Source: Acidimicrobiia bacterium
GTDB taxonomy: Bacteria; Actinomycetota; Acidimicrobiia; IMCC26256; PALSA-555
NCBI GenBank assembly: GCA_035948415.1
Contig: DASZJD010000039.1
Span: 3,626-67,625 of the forward strand
DNA length: 64,000 bases
Direction of reading: 5' to 3'
Both the position numbers and the translations under genes were made by a program. Below, one piece after another: positions 37,146-46,476 of the stretch; the stretch's first letter is position 1; every line of letters begins with the position of its first letter. Below the pieces are notes generated by a model, which made no database searches, had not been told where the DNA came from, and saw only the letters and a program-made list of their open reading frames with translations.

Positions 37146-38107
37146 ACGCCGAGCCCGACGCCATCACGGTGCCGGCCGAGCTGGCCGGCGACCGGGTCGA
37201 CCGGGCCGTAGCCCGGCTGACCGGCTGGAGCCGGGCCGAGGTCCAAGCCCTCCTCGCCGACGGCGCCGTCCTCGTGAACGGGCGGGCGCCGGCCAAGAGC
37301 CAGCGGGTCGCCGCCGGTGCCGTCGTCGAGCTGCTCGGCGGCCCGGAACCCCCGGGCCCACCGGGTCCGGAGGCGGTCCCGGTCGACGTCCGGGCCGCGG
37401 ACGAGGACGTCATCGTCGTGCACAAGCCGGCCGGCCTGGTCGTGCACCCGGGCGCCGGGCACGCCCACGGGACCCTCGTCCACGGGCTGCTGGCGCGGTA
37501 CCCGGAGCTCGCCGCCGTCGGCGACCCGTACCGACCCGGCATCGTCCACCGGCTGGACCGGGACACGAGCGGCCTGCTCGTCGTGGCGCGCTCCCCGTCG
37601 GCGTTCGAGGCCCTCGTGGCGGCGCTCGCGGCCCGCCGGGTCGAGCGCCGCTACCTGGCCCTGGTCCGGGGCGTGCCCGACGCCCCCGAGGCGCTGATCG
37701 ACGCCCCGATCGGCCGGGCCGAGGGCCGGCGGACCCGGATGGCGGTGCGCGCCGAGGGGCGCCCGGCCCGCACCGGCTACGAGCTCCTCGGCACCGACCC
37801 CGCCCGGCGGGTCGCCCTCCTCGAGTGCCGGCTCGAGACCGGCCGCACCCACCAGATCCGGGTGCACCTGGCCGCCATCGGCCACCCGGTGGTGGGGGAC
37901 CGGGCCTACGGGGGCGGGGGGCCGGGCGGGCCCCGGCCCTTCCTGCACGCCCACCGGCTGGCGTTCTCGCATCCCCGTGGCGGGGCGCGGCAGGCCTTCG
38001 AGGCGGCCCTGCCCGCAGAGCTGGCGGGGGTGCTGGCCGAGGTGGGGGTGGAGCCGCCCGCCCTGGAGGACCGACCAGCCCGAGCCGGCGGCGTCGAGGC
38101 GGGGTGA
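37142..38107 (+). CDS. rluD: RluA-family 23S rRNA pseudouridine synthase
   Basis: GTGA overlap with lspA. S4-like N-terminus and the catalytic HRLDRDTSGLLVVA motif. Confidence 0.85.
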   Translation: MNAEPDAITVPAELAGDRVDRAVARLTGWSRAEVQALLADGAVLVNGRAPAKSQRVAAGAVVELLGGPEPPGPPGPEAVPVDVRAADEDVIVVHKPAGLVVHPGAGHAHGTLVHGLLARYPELAAVGDPYRPGIVHRLDRDTSGLLVVARSPSAFEALVAALAARRVERRYLALVRGVPDAPEALIDAPIGRAEGRRTRMAVRAEGRPARTGYELLGTDPARRVALLECRLETGRTHQIRVHLAAIGHPVVGDRAYGGGGPGGPRPFLHAHRLAFSHPRGGARQAFEAALPAELAGVLAEVGVEPPALEDRPARAGGVEAG

Positions 38108-38261
38108 CTGTTCGACGTCGCCGGCGCCGGGCCGTCGGAACGGGCTGGACACCGATCAGCGGGGCGTGCTGACCCTCCACACGGTACGACGGGCCGTCTC
38201 AGCGTCGGCTCCGCGCCAGGCCAAGATTCGGTAAAGGTCCAGGCGCCCACGCGCCGACGCG

Positions 38262-38942
38262 GTGAGGATGCGGGTGCTCCTCATCGAGGACGACCTCACC
38301 ATTGCCAACCCGCTGGTCCGGGGCCTGGAGCGGGAGGGCTTCGCGGTCGCCCACGCCGAGTGCGGCGGCGACGTGGCCGGCGCCCTCGACGGGGCGCACC
38401 CCGACGTGATCCTCCTCGACCTCGGGCTCCCCGACGTCGACGGGTTCGAGCTGTGCCGGACCCTCCGGGCCAGCTCGGGGGTGCCGATCATCGTCGTCAC
38501 CGCCCGCGGCGAAGAGGTGGACCGGGTCGTCGGCCTCGAGCTCGGCGCCGACGACTACGTCGTGAAACCGTTCGGGTTCCGGGAGCTCGTCGCCCGCATC
38601 CGCGCCGTGCTCCGCCGGGCCGCCGGACGCGCCGCCGGCGGGGCGGCGTCGCTCGGGCCGCTCGTCGTCGACCGTCGCACCCGCCGCGCCGCCGTCGACG
38701 ACCAGCCGCTCACCCTGACGCCGAAGGAGTTCGACCTCTTGGCGCTGCTCGCCGACGACCCGGGGGCGGTGTGCAGCCGCCAGCAGATCCTCGACGAGGT
38801 CTGGGACCCCCACTGGTACGGGCCGACGAAGACCCTCGACGTGCACATCGCCAGCCTCCGCCGCAAGCTCGGGCGCCCCGAGCTCATCGAGACCGTCCGG
38901 GGGGTCGGCTACCGGCTCTGTGTCCCCGAGGCGGCGGCGTGA
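38262..38942 (+). CDS. OmpR-family response regulator
   Basis: Receiver domain (VLLIEDD, LLDLGLPDVDG, KPF) plus a winged-helix domain (LTPKEFDLLALL...GYRL). The start could be GTG 38262, ATG 38268 or GTG 38274. Confidence 0.9.
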   Translation: MRMRVLLIEDDLTIANPLVRGLEREGFAVAHAECGGDVAGALDGAHPDVILLDLGLPDVDGFELCRTLRASSGVPIIVVTARGEEVDRVVGLELGADDYVVKPFGFRELVARIRAVLRRAAGRAAGGAASLGPLVVDRRTRRAAVDDQPLTLTPKEFDLLALLADDPGAVCSRQQILDEVWDPHWYGPTKTLDVHIASLRRKLGRPELIETVRGVGYRLCVPEAAA

Positions 38943-40333
38943 AGCGGCGGCTGCTGATCAGCTCCCTGTCCATCACCTGCTTCGTGCTCCTCGCCCTCGC
39001 CCTGCCGCTTGGCCTCTCCTACCGGCAGGGCCAACAGCGGCAGCTCACGAGCCGCGTGCGCGACGAGGCGTTCGCGCTGGCGCTGCGGGCCGAGCAGCCG
39101 CTCGCGCACGGCGACACCGCCGTGCTGGGCCCGTTCGTCCACCAGCTGGCCGCCCGGACCGGCGACGGGATCGCGGTCGTCGACCTCGGCGGGCGCGTGG
39201 TCGACGCCGCCGGGGCTCATCAGCCGGCGACCGCCGCGTCCACCGTCGGCTCCGCCGACCTCGACGCGGCGCGGCGCGGCCACGGCGTCACCGCGCGGCA
39301 CACGGTTGGCGGCGACGACACGCTGACGGTCACGGTGCCGATCCTCTCGGGAGGCGCGACGATCGGCGCCGCGCGCGTCTCGTCCTCGCTCGCCGAGGTC
39401 GACGGGGCGGTGGCGCGGAACTGGCTGCTCCTCGGCGGCCTGGCCGGCGTCATCGCGCTCATCGTGCTGCTCGTGAGCACGCTGCTCGCCCGGTCGTTCA
39501 CGCGCCCGCTGGCCGAGCTCGACCGCGCCGCCGCCGCCCTCGGCGACGGCGACCTCGACGCACGCGTGCCCGTGCCCGACGACCCGCCGGAGCTGCGGCG
39601 GCTGGCGGGGTCGTTCAACGCCACCGCGGCTCGGCTGGCGTCGCTGCTGTCGTCGCAGCGCGCGTTCGTGGCCGACGCCTCCCACCAGCTGCGGACCCCG
39701 CTGGCAGCGTTGCGGCTGCGCCTCGAGAACGTCGAGGCGGACGGGCCGGAGCACCGACCCGAGGATCTCGACGGCGCGTTGACCGAGGTCCGTCGGCTCA
39801 CCGCCCTCGTCGAGAGCCTGCTCGTGCTCACGCGGGCGGAGGACGCGCCGGCGCCGACGGTCGACGTGTGGCTCCAGCCGCTGGTGGAGGCGCGCCTCGA
39901 GGCCTGGAGCGCGGTGGCGGCGGAGCGGGGGGTCGAGCTCGACGCCGCCGTCGGCGCCGTGGCCGTGCGCAGCGAGCCGGGGCGGCTCGAGCAGGTGCTC
40001 GACAACCTGCTCAGCAACGCCCTCGATGTCGCGCCGGGCGGGTCGGCGGTGCGGGTCTCGGCCCGGACCACGGGCCAGCGGGTCGAGCTCACCGTGCGGG
40101 ACGCCGGGCCCGGCATGAGCTCGGAGCAGCGGGCCCGGGCCTTCGACCGGTTCTGGCGGTCGCCGAGCGCTCGTCGGCACGACGGCGGCTTCGGGCTGGG
40201 CCTGCCGATCGTGCGGCGGCTCGTGGTCGCGGACGGGGGGGAGGTGCGCCTCGCCGACGCGCCCGGGGGCGGGCTCGCGGTCGTGGTGTCGCTCCCGGCG
40301 GCGCGCGTCGCGGCGCTGCGGGCCAGCGCCTGA
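38939..40333 (+). CDS. sensor histidine kinase (2 TM, HAMP, HisKA, HATPase_c)
   Basis: GTGA overlap with the regulator. H-box FVADASHQLRTPL, N-box LLSNALD, and G-boxes DAGPGM and GFGLGL. Confidence 0.85.
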   Translation: MKRRLLISSLSITCFVLLALALPLGLSYRQGQQRQLTSRVRDEAFALALRAEQPLAHGDTAVLGPFVHQLAARTGDGIAVVDLGGRVVDAAGAHQPATAASTVGSADLDAARRGHGVTARHTVGGDDTLTVTVPILSGGATIGAARVSSSLAEVDGAVARNWLLLGGLAGVIALIVLLVSTLLARSFTRPLAELDRAAAALGDGDLDARVPVPDDPPELRRLAGSFNATAARLASLLSSQRAFVADASHQLRTPLAALRLRLENVEADGPEHRPEDLDGALTEVRRLTALVESLLVLTRAEDAPAPTVDVWLQPLVEARLEAWSAVAAERGVELDAAVGAVAVRSEPGRLEQVLDNLLSNALDVAPGGSAVRVSARTTGQRVELTVRDAGPGMSSEQRARAFDRFWRSPSARRHDGGFGLGLPIVRRLVVADGGEVRLADAPGGGLAVVVSLPAARVAALRASA

Positions 40334-40339
40334 CCGATA

Positions 40340-40777
40340 TCAGGCGGTCGCGGCGTCGGACGCGCCGACGACCCGATGACCGACCCGGGTCCGGTGCACG
40401 AGGTCGGCCAGGGTGTAGCCCTCGAGGAGTCGACGCATCTCGTCGGACACGCCCACCCACACCTCTTGCAGCACGCAGTGCCCCTCGCAGTGGTCGTGCT
40501 CGCCGAGGGGGGTTTCGAGCGGACCCTCGACCGCGCTCACGATCTGGGCCAGCGTGATCTCGTGGGGGGGCCGGGCGAGCACGTAACCCCCGCCGACCCC
40601 GCGCTTTGAGCTCACCAAGCCCGCGCCCTTCGCAGCCAGGAGGATCTGCTCGAGGTAGGGCTGGGGCAAGGCGGTGCGCTCGGCGATCTCCTTCACCGAC
40701 GTCGGCCGGTCGAGCCCGTGCAGGGCCAGCGAGAGCAGGGCCCGCGCCGCGTAGTCGCCCCGGGTCGACATCTTCAT
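40340..40777 (-). CDS. Rrf2-family transcriptional regulator
   Basis: Last 145 aa of track ORF 40340..45427 (MKMSTRGDYAARALLSLA...SVKEIAERTALPQPYLEQILLAAKGAGLVSSKRGVGGGYVLA). Contains the HDHCEGHC cluster. Confidence 0.85.
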   Translation of the reverse strand: MKMSTRGDYAARALLSLALHGLDRPTSVKEIAERTALPQPYLEQILLAAKGAGLVSSKRGVGGGYVLARPPHEITLAQIVSAVEGPLETPLGEHDHCEGHCVLQEVWVGVSDEMRRLLEGYTLADLVHRTRVGHRVVGASDAATA

Positions 40778-40786
40778 GGCCTCACC

Positions 40787-41929
40787 ATGGTCGCGCGTCC
40801 CCAGCACAGGGTCGTGCCGGGACCCCATTACCCTGCCCGGGTGGAACCGGCCCGGCCCCGCTACGACGGCGCGGGGGTCGCCGGGGTGGTCCCAGCCCTG
40901 CTCGGGGCCCGGCCAGGGGAGTGGCTGCCGGCACCGGTGCGCGCCGCCCGCAGCGTCGTCCTCCTCGTCGTCGACGGCCTCGGCTGGGACGCGGTCAGCG
41001 CCCGGCCCGAGCTCGGCGAGCTGCGCGCCCTCGACGGCGGGGCGATCACGACCGTGGCGCCGTCGACGACGGCCAGCGCGCTCACCTCGATCACGACCGG
41101 GCTGCCGCCGTCGCAGCACGGCATCGTCGGCTACCGCGTCCTCATCGACCACGCCGTGCTCAACGTGCTGTCGTGGCAGATGTCGAACAACCGCCGCGCC
41201 CCCGAGCCGTTCAGCGTGCAGCGTCACCCACCCTTCTTCGGGCGGGCGGTGCCGGTGGTCACGAAGGCCGAGTTCGCGGCCACCGGCTTCACCGAAGCCC
41301 ACCTGCGCGGCGGGCGGTTCCTCGGCTGGCGGGCGGTGTCGTCGCTCGTCGAGTCGTGCCGCCAGCTCGTCGCCGGCGGGGAGCCGTTCGTCTACGCGTA
41401 CTACGACGGCGTCGACGCCGTCGCCCACGCCCACGGGCTCTACGACGGCTTCTACGACGCCGAGCTGCGAGCCGTCGACCGGCTCGTCGGGTCGGTGCTC
41501 GACGCGCTGCCCGAGGACGCGGCGCTGGCGGTCACCTCCGACCACGGGCAGGTGCACGTCGGGCCCGAGGGCTGGCTCGGCCTCAGCCCCCTCGAGGGTC
41601 TCGTCGAGCGCTGCTCGGGCGACGGGCGGTTCCGCTACCTCCACGCTCGGCCCGGGGCGGCAGCGGCCCTGCTCGACGCCGCGAGCAAGTGCTTCGGCGA
41701 TGACGCCTGGGTCTGGGGCCGGGCCCAGCTCCTCGACGAGGGCTGGCTCGGGCCGGCGCCGTCGGGCGCCACCCGCCGCCGGGTCGGCGACGTGGTCCTG
41801 GCGGCGCAGGGCCCGGTCGCGTTCATCGACCCGGCCCTGCCCCGCGAGGCGACGCTGGTGTCGGCCCACGGGTCCGTCACCGAGGCCGAGGTGCTCGTGC
41901 CCCTGCTCGCCGGGCGGGGGCGGGCGTGA
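40787..41929 (+). CDS. alkaline-phosphatase-superfamily protein (type I phosphodiesterase/nucleotide pyrophosphatase-like)
   Basis: LLVVDGLGWD (metal Asp), APSTTASALTSITTG (nucleophile region) and TSDHG motifs. The start is uncertain: ATG 40787 is only 9 nt from the divergent Rrf2 start, and GTG 40841 is an alternative. Confidence 0.75.
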   Translation: MVARPQHRVVPGPHYPARVEPARPRYDGAGVAGVVPALLGARPGEWLPAPVRAARSVVLLVVDGLGWDAVSARPELGELRALDGGAITTVAPSTTASALTSITTGLPPSQHGIVGYRVLIDHAVLNVLSWQMSNNRRAPEPFSVQRHPPFFGRAVPVVTKAEFAATGFTEAHLRGGRFLGWRAVSSLVESCRQLVAGGEPFVYAYYDGVDAVAHAHGLYDGFYDAELRAVDRLVGSVLDALPEDAALAVTSDHGQVHVGPEGWLGLSPLEGLVERCSGDGRFRYLHARPGAAAALLDAASKCFGDDAWVWGRAQLLDEGWLGPAPSGATRRRVGDVVLAAQGPVAFIDPALPREATLVSAHGSVTEAEVLVPLLAGRGRA

Positions 41930-41987
41930 GAGCCCTTGCGGCGGTCGGGCGCCCGGCGTAGGTTCGGGAGTTACACGCTTGTAGTTC

Positions 41988-42013
41988 TCCACAGGGCGCC
42001 GGGACCCTGTGGA
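41988..42013. other. 9-bp inverted repeat/hairpin between the phosphatase-family gene and dnaE
   Basis: TCCACAGGG (41988-41996) and CCCTGTGGA (42005-42013) around an 8-nt spacer CGCCGGGA, in a locally AT-richer stretch (ttacacgcttgtagttc). Confidence 0.35.
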
Positions 42014-42043
42014 TAGAGAGGGACCGGCGGGAGAACGCGGACC

Positions 42044-45000
42044 GTGACCACGTCCTTCGTCCATCTTCACCTGCACACCGAGTACTCGATGCTCGACGGT
42101 GCCGCCCGGGTCTCGGACGTGATCGCCACCGCCGCCGCCGACGGGCAGCCGGCGGTCGGGATCACCGACCACGGCAACATGTACGGGGTCCTCGAGTTCT
42201 ACCGGGCCGCGCTCGACGCCGGCATCAAGCCGATCATCGGCATGGAGGCGTACTTCGTCACCCACAGCCGCTTCGACCGGCCGCGGCGCGACGACCACGA
42301 CATCTTCCACCTCACGCTGCTGGCCGAGAGCGACGCCGGCTACAAGAACCTCATCAAGATCTCGTCGTCGGCGTACCTCGACGGCTTCTTCTACAAGCCC
42401 CGCGTCGACTTCGAGCTCCTCGAGGAGCACCGCGACGGGCTCATCGTCACCAGCGGGTGCCTCGGCAGCGCGGTGTGCCAGCGCCTGCTCGTCGACGACG
42501 CTCCGGGGGCGCGCGAGCTCGCGGGCCGGTTCCAGGACGTGGTCGGACCCGGCCAGTTCTTCATCGAGCTCCAGGACCACGGGCTCGCGGACCAGCACCG
42601 GGTGAACCGGAGCCTCCTCGACGTCGCCCGCGACCTCCGCGCGCCGCTCCTCGCCACCAACGACAGCCACTACACGCGCCGCGAGGACGCGGAGGCGCAC
42701 GACGCGCTCCTCTGCGTGCAGACCGGGTCGACCCAGGACGACCCCCGTCGCCTGAAGTTCGAGGGCCAGGAGTTCTACCTGAAGTCGGCGGCCGAGATGC
42801 GGGCGGTCTTCGCCGACCACGAGGACGCCTGCGACAACACGCTGCTGGTCGCCGAGCGCGCGAGCGTCGACATCGAGTTCGACCGGGCGGTGCTGCCCGC
42901 CTTCCCGACCCCGGAGGGCCACGACGAGGACTCCTACCTGCGCGAGCTGACCCTGGCCGGCGCGGCCGAGCGCTACGGCGAGCCGCTCCCGCCGACGGTC
43001 GGCGAGCGCATCGAGTTCGAGCTGGGCGTCATCAAGACGATGGGCTTCTCGGCCTACTTCCTCGTGGTGTGGGACCTGGTGCGGTACGCGCGGGAGCGCA
43101 AGATCCGAGTCGGCCCCGGGCGCGGCAGCGCCGCCGGCTCCTGCGTGGCGTACGCGCTCCGCATCGTCGACAGCGACCCCATCCGCTACGACCTGCTGTT
43201 CGAGCGCTTCCTGAACCCCGGCCGGGCCGAGATGCCCGACATCGACATGGACTTCGACTCCCGCTTCCGGGGCGAGATGATCCGCTACGCCGCGTCGCGG
43301 TACGGGGAGGACCACGTCGCCCAGATCGTCACGTTCTCGACCATCAAGGCCCGGGCCGCGGTGCGGGACGCGTCGCGGGTGCTCGGCTACCCGTACGGCA
43401 TGGGGGACCGCATCGCCAAGCTCATGCCCCCGCTCATCATGGGTCGGGACACGCCGCTGCGCGCCTGCCTCGAGGTCGTGCCCGGCCACGACGACGGGTA
43501 CAAGATGGCGACCGAGCTGCGGGAGCTCTACGCCGACGACCCCGACGCCCGGCGCGTCATCGACGTCGCCCGCGGCCTCGAGGGGCTGCGTCGCCAGGAC
43601 GGGATCCACGCCGCCGCGGTCGTGATCACCCGGGAGCCGCTCACCGAGTACCTGCCCGTGCAGCGGAAGCCCGAGCCGGGCCGGGAGCTGGCGGAGGGCC
43701 CGATCGTCACCCAGTACGAGATGCACGGCGTCGAGCGCCTGGGCCTGCTGAAGATGGACTTCCTCGGCCTGCGCAACCTCGACGTGCTCGAGGTCACGCT
43801 GGACCTCGTCGAGGCCGCCACCGGTCGGCGTCCGGACATCGACGCGGTGCCCCTCGACGACGCGAAGACCTTCGAGCTCCTCCGCCGGGGGGACACCGTC
43901 GGCGTGTTCCAGCTGGAGGGCAGCCCGGTCCGGGCGCTGCTCCAGCGACTGGCGCCGACCAGCTTCGAGGACATCGCCGCGCTCGTGGCGCTGTACCGGC
44001 CCGGGCCGATGGCCCAGAACTGGCACACCGAGTACGCCGACCGCAAGAACGGGCGCCGCCCGGTCGCGTACCCGCACCCCGACCTCGAGGAGACCCTGGC
44101 GCCGACGTACGGCCTGATGATCTACCAGGAGCAGCTGATGCGCGTCGCGCAGCGGCTCGCCGGGTACACCCTCGAGGAGGCCGACAACCTTCGGAAGGCG
44201 ACCGGCAAGAAGATCCGAGCGCTCATCGCCAAGGAGCGCTCGAAGTTCGTCGACGGCTGCGTGGCCCAGGGCCACGACCGGGCCTTCGGCGAGCGCATCT
44301 TCGACACCATCGAGCCGTTCGCCGACTACTCGTTCAACAAGTCGCACTCGGTCGGCTACGGCTACCTCGCCTACCAGACCGCGTACCTGAAGGCGAACTA
44401 CCCGGTCGAGTACCTCGCCGCGCTGCTGACCAGCGTGCGGACGAACAAGGACCAGACCGCGGTCTTCCTCAACGAGTGCCGACAGCTCGGCATCTCGGTG
44501 CTCGTACCCGACGTGAACGAGTCGGTCTCCGACTTCTCGGTGCACGTCGGTCCCGAGGAAGCGCAAGCGATCCGGTTCGGGCTCTCCGCGGTCCGCAACG
44601 TCGGTGAGGGCGTGGTGGCGATGATCGTCGCCGCCCGGACCGAGGGCGGTCCCTTCCGCGACTTCTACGACTTCTGCTCCCGGGTCGACCCGGCCGCGCT
44701 GAACAAGCGGACGATCGAGTCGCTGATCAAGGCGGGGGGCTTCGACTCGCTCGGGCACCCGCGCCAGGGCCTGCTCCACGTCTTCGAGCCCGTCGTCGAC
44801 CAGGCGGTCACCCGTCGGCGCGAGCGCGACGCCGGCATCATGAGCCTCTTCGGTGACGGAGGCGACGGCGAGGGGGACGGCGGGCTGTCCGAGCGGGTGG
44901 CGATCCCGGAGACCGAGTTCGACCGCAAGACCCGGCTCGACTTCGAGAAGGAGATGCTCGGCCTGTACGTCAGCGACCACCCGCTCCTCGGGATCGAGCG

Positions 45001-45544
45001 TCTCCTCCGTCGCCACGTCGACGCCAGCCTGACCGAGTTCCGCGAGGGTCGCGAGGGGGAGCTCCACACCGTCGGCGGCATCGTCACCGCGCTCACGCGG
45101 AAGTACACGAAGCGGGGCGACCTCATGGCGACGTTCGTCCTCGAGGATCTCGCCGCCGCGATGGACGTGATCGTGTTCCCGAAGACGATGACCGACTACG
45201 GGCACCTGCTCGAGGACGACGCCATCGTCTGCGTGCGGGGCCGGCTCGACCGGCGCGAGGACCAGCCGAAGATCGTCGCGATGGAGCTGACCCGGCCGGA
45301 GATCGCCCTCGACGGGGCGCCGCCGCTGCGGGTCCGGGTCCCGCTGGCGCGGCTCTCCGACGAGCGCGTCGACGACCTGCGGGAGCTCCTGCGCCGCCAC
45401 CCGGGGGACAGCCCGGTGTTCGTGCACCTCGAGCGCCCCGAGCGCGTCACGGTGCTGCGCCTGGCCGATGACTTCCGCGTCGACGCCACGAACGGCCTCT
45501 TCGCAGAGCTGCGGATCCTCCTCGGACCCGACTGCATCTGCTGA
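42044..45544 (+). CDS. dnaE: DNA polymerase III alpha subunit (DnaE1)
   Basis: 1166 aa. PHP domain FVHLHLHTEYSMLDG and palm motif GPGRGSAAGS. No intein-sized insertion. Confidence 0.95.
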   Translation: MTTSFVHLHLHTEYSMLDGAARVSDVIATAAADGQPAVGITDHGNMYGVLEFYRAALDAGIKPIIGMEAYFVTHSRFDRPRRDDHDIFHLTLLAESDAGYKNLIKISSSAYLDGFFYKPRVDFELLEEHRDGLIVTSGCLGSAVCQRLLVDDAPGARELAGRFQDVVGPGQFFIELQDHGLADQHRVNRSLLDVARDLRAPLLATNDSHYTRREDAEAHDALLCVQTGSTQDDPRRLKFEGQEFYLKSAAEMRAVFADHEDACDNTLLVAERASVDIEFDRAVLPAFPTPEGHDEDSYLRELTLAGAAERYGEPLPPTVGERIEFELGVIKTMGFSAYFLVVWDLVRYARERKIRVGPGRGSAAGSCVAYALRIVDSDPIRYDLLFERFLNPGRAEMPDIDMDFDSRFRGEMIRYAASRYGEDHVAQIVTFSTIKARAAVRDASRVLGYPYGMGDRIAKLMPPLIMGRDTPLRACLEVVPGHDDGYKMATELRELYADDPDARRVIDVARGLEGLRRQDGIHAAAVVITREPLTEYLPVQRKPEPGRELAEGPIVTQYEMHGVERLGLLKMDFLGLRNLDVLEVTLDLVEAATGRRPDIDAVPLDDAKTFELLRRGDTVGVFQLEGSPVRALLQRLAPTSFEDIAALVALYRPGPMAQNWHTEYADRKNGRRPVAYPHPDLEETLAPTYGLMIYQEQLMRVAQRLAGYTLEEADNLRKATGKKIRALIAKERSKFVDGCVAQGHDRAFGERIFDTIEPFADYSFNKSHSVGYGYLAYQTAYLKANYPVEYLAALLTSVRTNKDQTAVFLNECRQLGISVLVPDVNESVSDFSVHVGPEEAQAIRFGLSAVRNVGEGVVAMIVAARTEGGPFRDFYDFCSRVDPAALNKRTIESLIKAGGFDSLGHPRQGLLHVFEPVVDQAVTRRRERDAGIMSLFGDGGDGEGDGGLSERVAIPETEFDRKTRLDFEKEMLGLYVSDHPLLGIERLLRRHVDASLTEFREGREGELHTVGGIVTALTRKYTKRGDLMATFVLEDLAAAMDVIVFPKTMTDYGHLLEDDAIVCVRGRLDRREDQPKIVAMELTRPEIALDGAPPLRVRVPLARLSDERVDDLRELLRRHPGDSPVFVHLERPERVTVLRLADDFRVDATNGLFAELRILLGPDCIC

Positions 45545-45550
45545 TCGGGG

Positions 45551-45772
45551 TCACCGCGGCGGGCCGCGGCGACCGACCCACTTCCCGAGCGAGTACGCCA
45601 GGACCGCGACGACCACGTAGCCGGCGATCGCGACGACCGCTCGGGCCGCGCTGATCGCCGAGCCGAGGATGACCCAGGCGAGCAGCGCGATGACGACGAT
45701 GCCGACCAGGCGCAGCGAGACGGGCGGACGCGGCCGCGGTCGCGGGTCCACGCCGGCGCAGCGTAGGGGCAC
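45551..45772 (-). CDS. small membrane protein (two TM helices)
   Basis: 73-aa ORF. The hydrophobic core LVGIVVIALLAWVILGSAISAARAVVAIAGYVVVAVLAYSL is encoded with nearly 100% G/C third positions. GTG start. Confidence 0.45.
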   Translation of the reverse strand: MPLRCAGVDPRPRPRPPVSLRLVGIVVIALLAWVILGSAISAARAVVAIAGYVVVAVLAYSLGKWVGRRGPPR

Positions 45773-45810
45773 ACCGAGGCGCGCGCGTCGCGCCGTGCCA
45801 TGCTGGCCGG

Positions 45811-46476
45811 ATGGAGATCGGCGTGCTCGGAGCGACCGGCCCCGCCGGGCGAGGCGTGGCGGCTCGGTTCGCGGACCTCGGCCACGACGTCATCGTCGGG
45901 TCGCGCGCCCGGGCGCGGGCCGAGCAGGTCGTCGAGGAGCTGCGCCAGCGGTGGGACGGGCGCGTCGCGTCGCTCCGGCCCGGCACCAACGACGAGGCGG
46001 CCGCGGCGCCGGGTCCCGTCGTGGTGGCCACGAACTGGGAGGCGGCGCTCGAGACCACGGAGGCGCACGCGTCGGCGCTCGCCGGCAAGGTCGTCATCGC
46101 GATGGCGAACGGGCTGCGTCGCGAGGGCCGAGAGTTCCGGGCTGTGCCCACGAAGGAGGGCTCGATCGCGGCGGCGATGCAGGCCCGCGCCCCGGCGGCG
46201 CGGGTCGTGGCCGCCTTGCAGCACGTCCCGGCGCGTGCGTTCGAGGACCTCGATCGGCCGATCGACACCGACGTCGTGGTCTGCGCTGACGACGACGAGG
46301 CCCGGCGGACGGTGATCGAGCTGCTCGACGGCATCCCGGGGCTGCGAGCCTTCGACGGCGGCTCACTCGCCAACGCCGCCGGTGTCGAGGCGTTCGCGGC
46401 GTCGCTGCTCACCGTGAACCTCCGTCACCGGGGCACCTTCACGCTGCGCCTGGGCGAGGAGGGGAGCGGGCGGTGA
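45811..46476 (+). CDS. npdG: NADPH-dependent F420 reductase
   Basis: IGVLGATGPAGRG Rossmann N-terminus and overall NpdG/Fno-like pattern, including the C-terminal SLLTVN block. Confidence 0.75.
   Translation: MEIGVLGATGPAGRGVAARFADLGHDVIVGSRARARAEQVVEELRQRWDGRVASLRPGTNDEAAAAPGPVVVATNWEAALETTEAHASALAGKVVIAMANGLRREGREFRAVPTKEGSIAAAMQARAPAARVVAALQHVPARAFEDLDRPIDTDVVVCADDDEARRTVIELLDGIPGLRAFDGGSLANAAGVEAFAASLLTVNLRHRGTFTLRLGEEGSGR

Noticed and set aside
32243-38152. 1969-aa minus-strand ORF
   Set aside because: Only the last 1034 aa is IleRS. The upstream 935 aa is Arg/Gly/Pro-rich and antisense to well-supported + strand genes (DUF167, DksA-like, lspA, rluD).
40340-45427. 1695-aa minus-strand ORF
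   Set aside because: Only the last 145 aa (Rrf2) is real. The rest is antisense to dnaE and the phosphatase-family gene and has no motifs.
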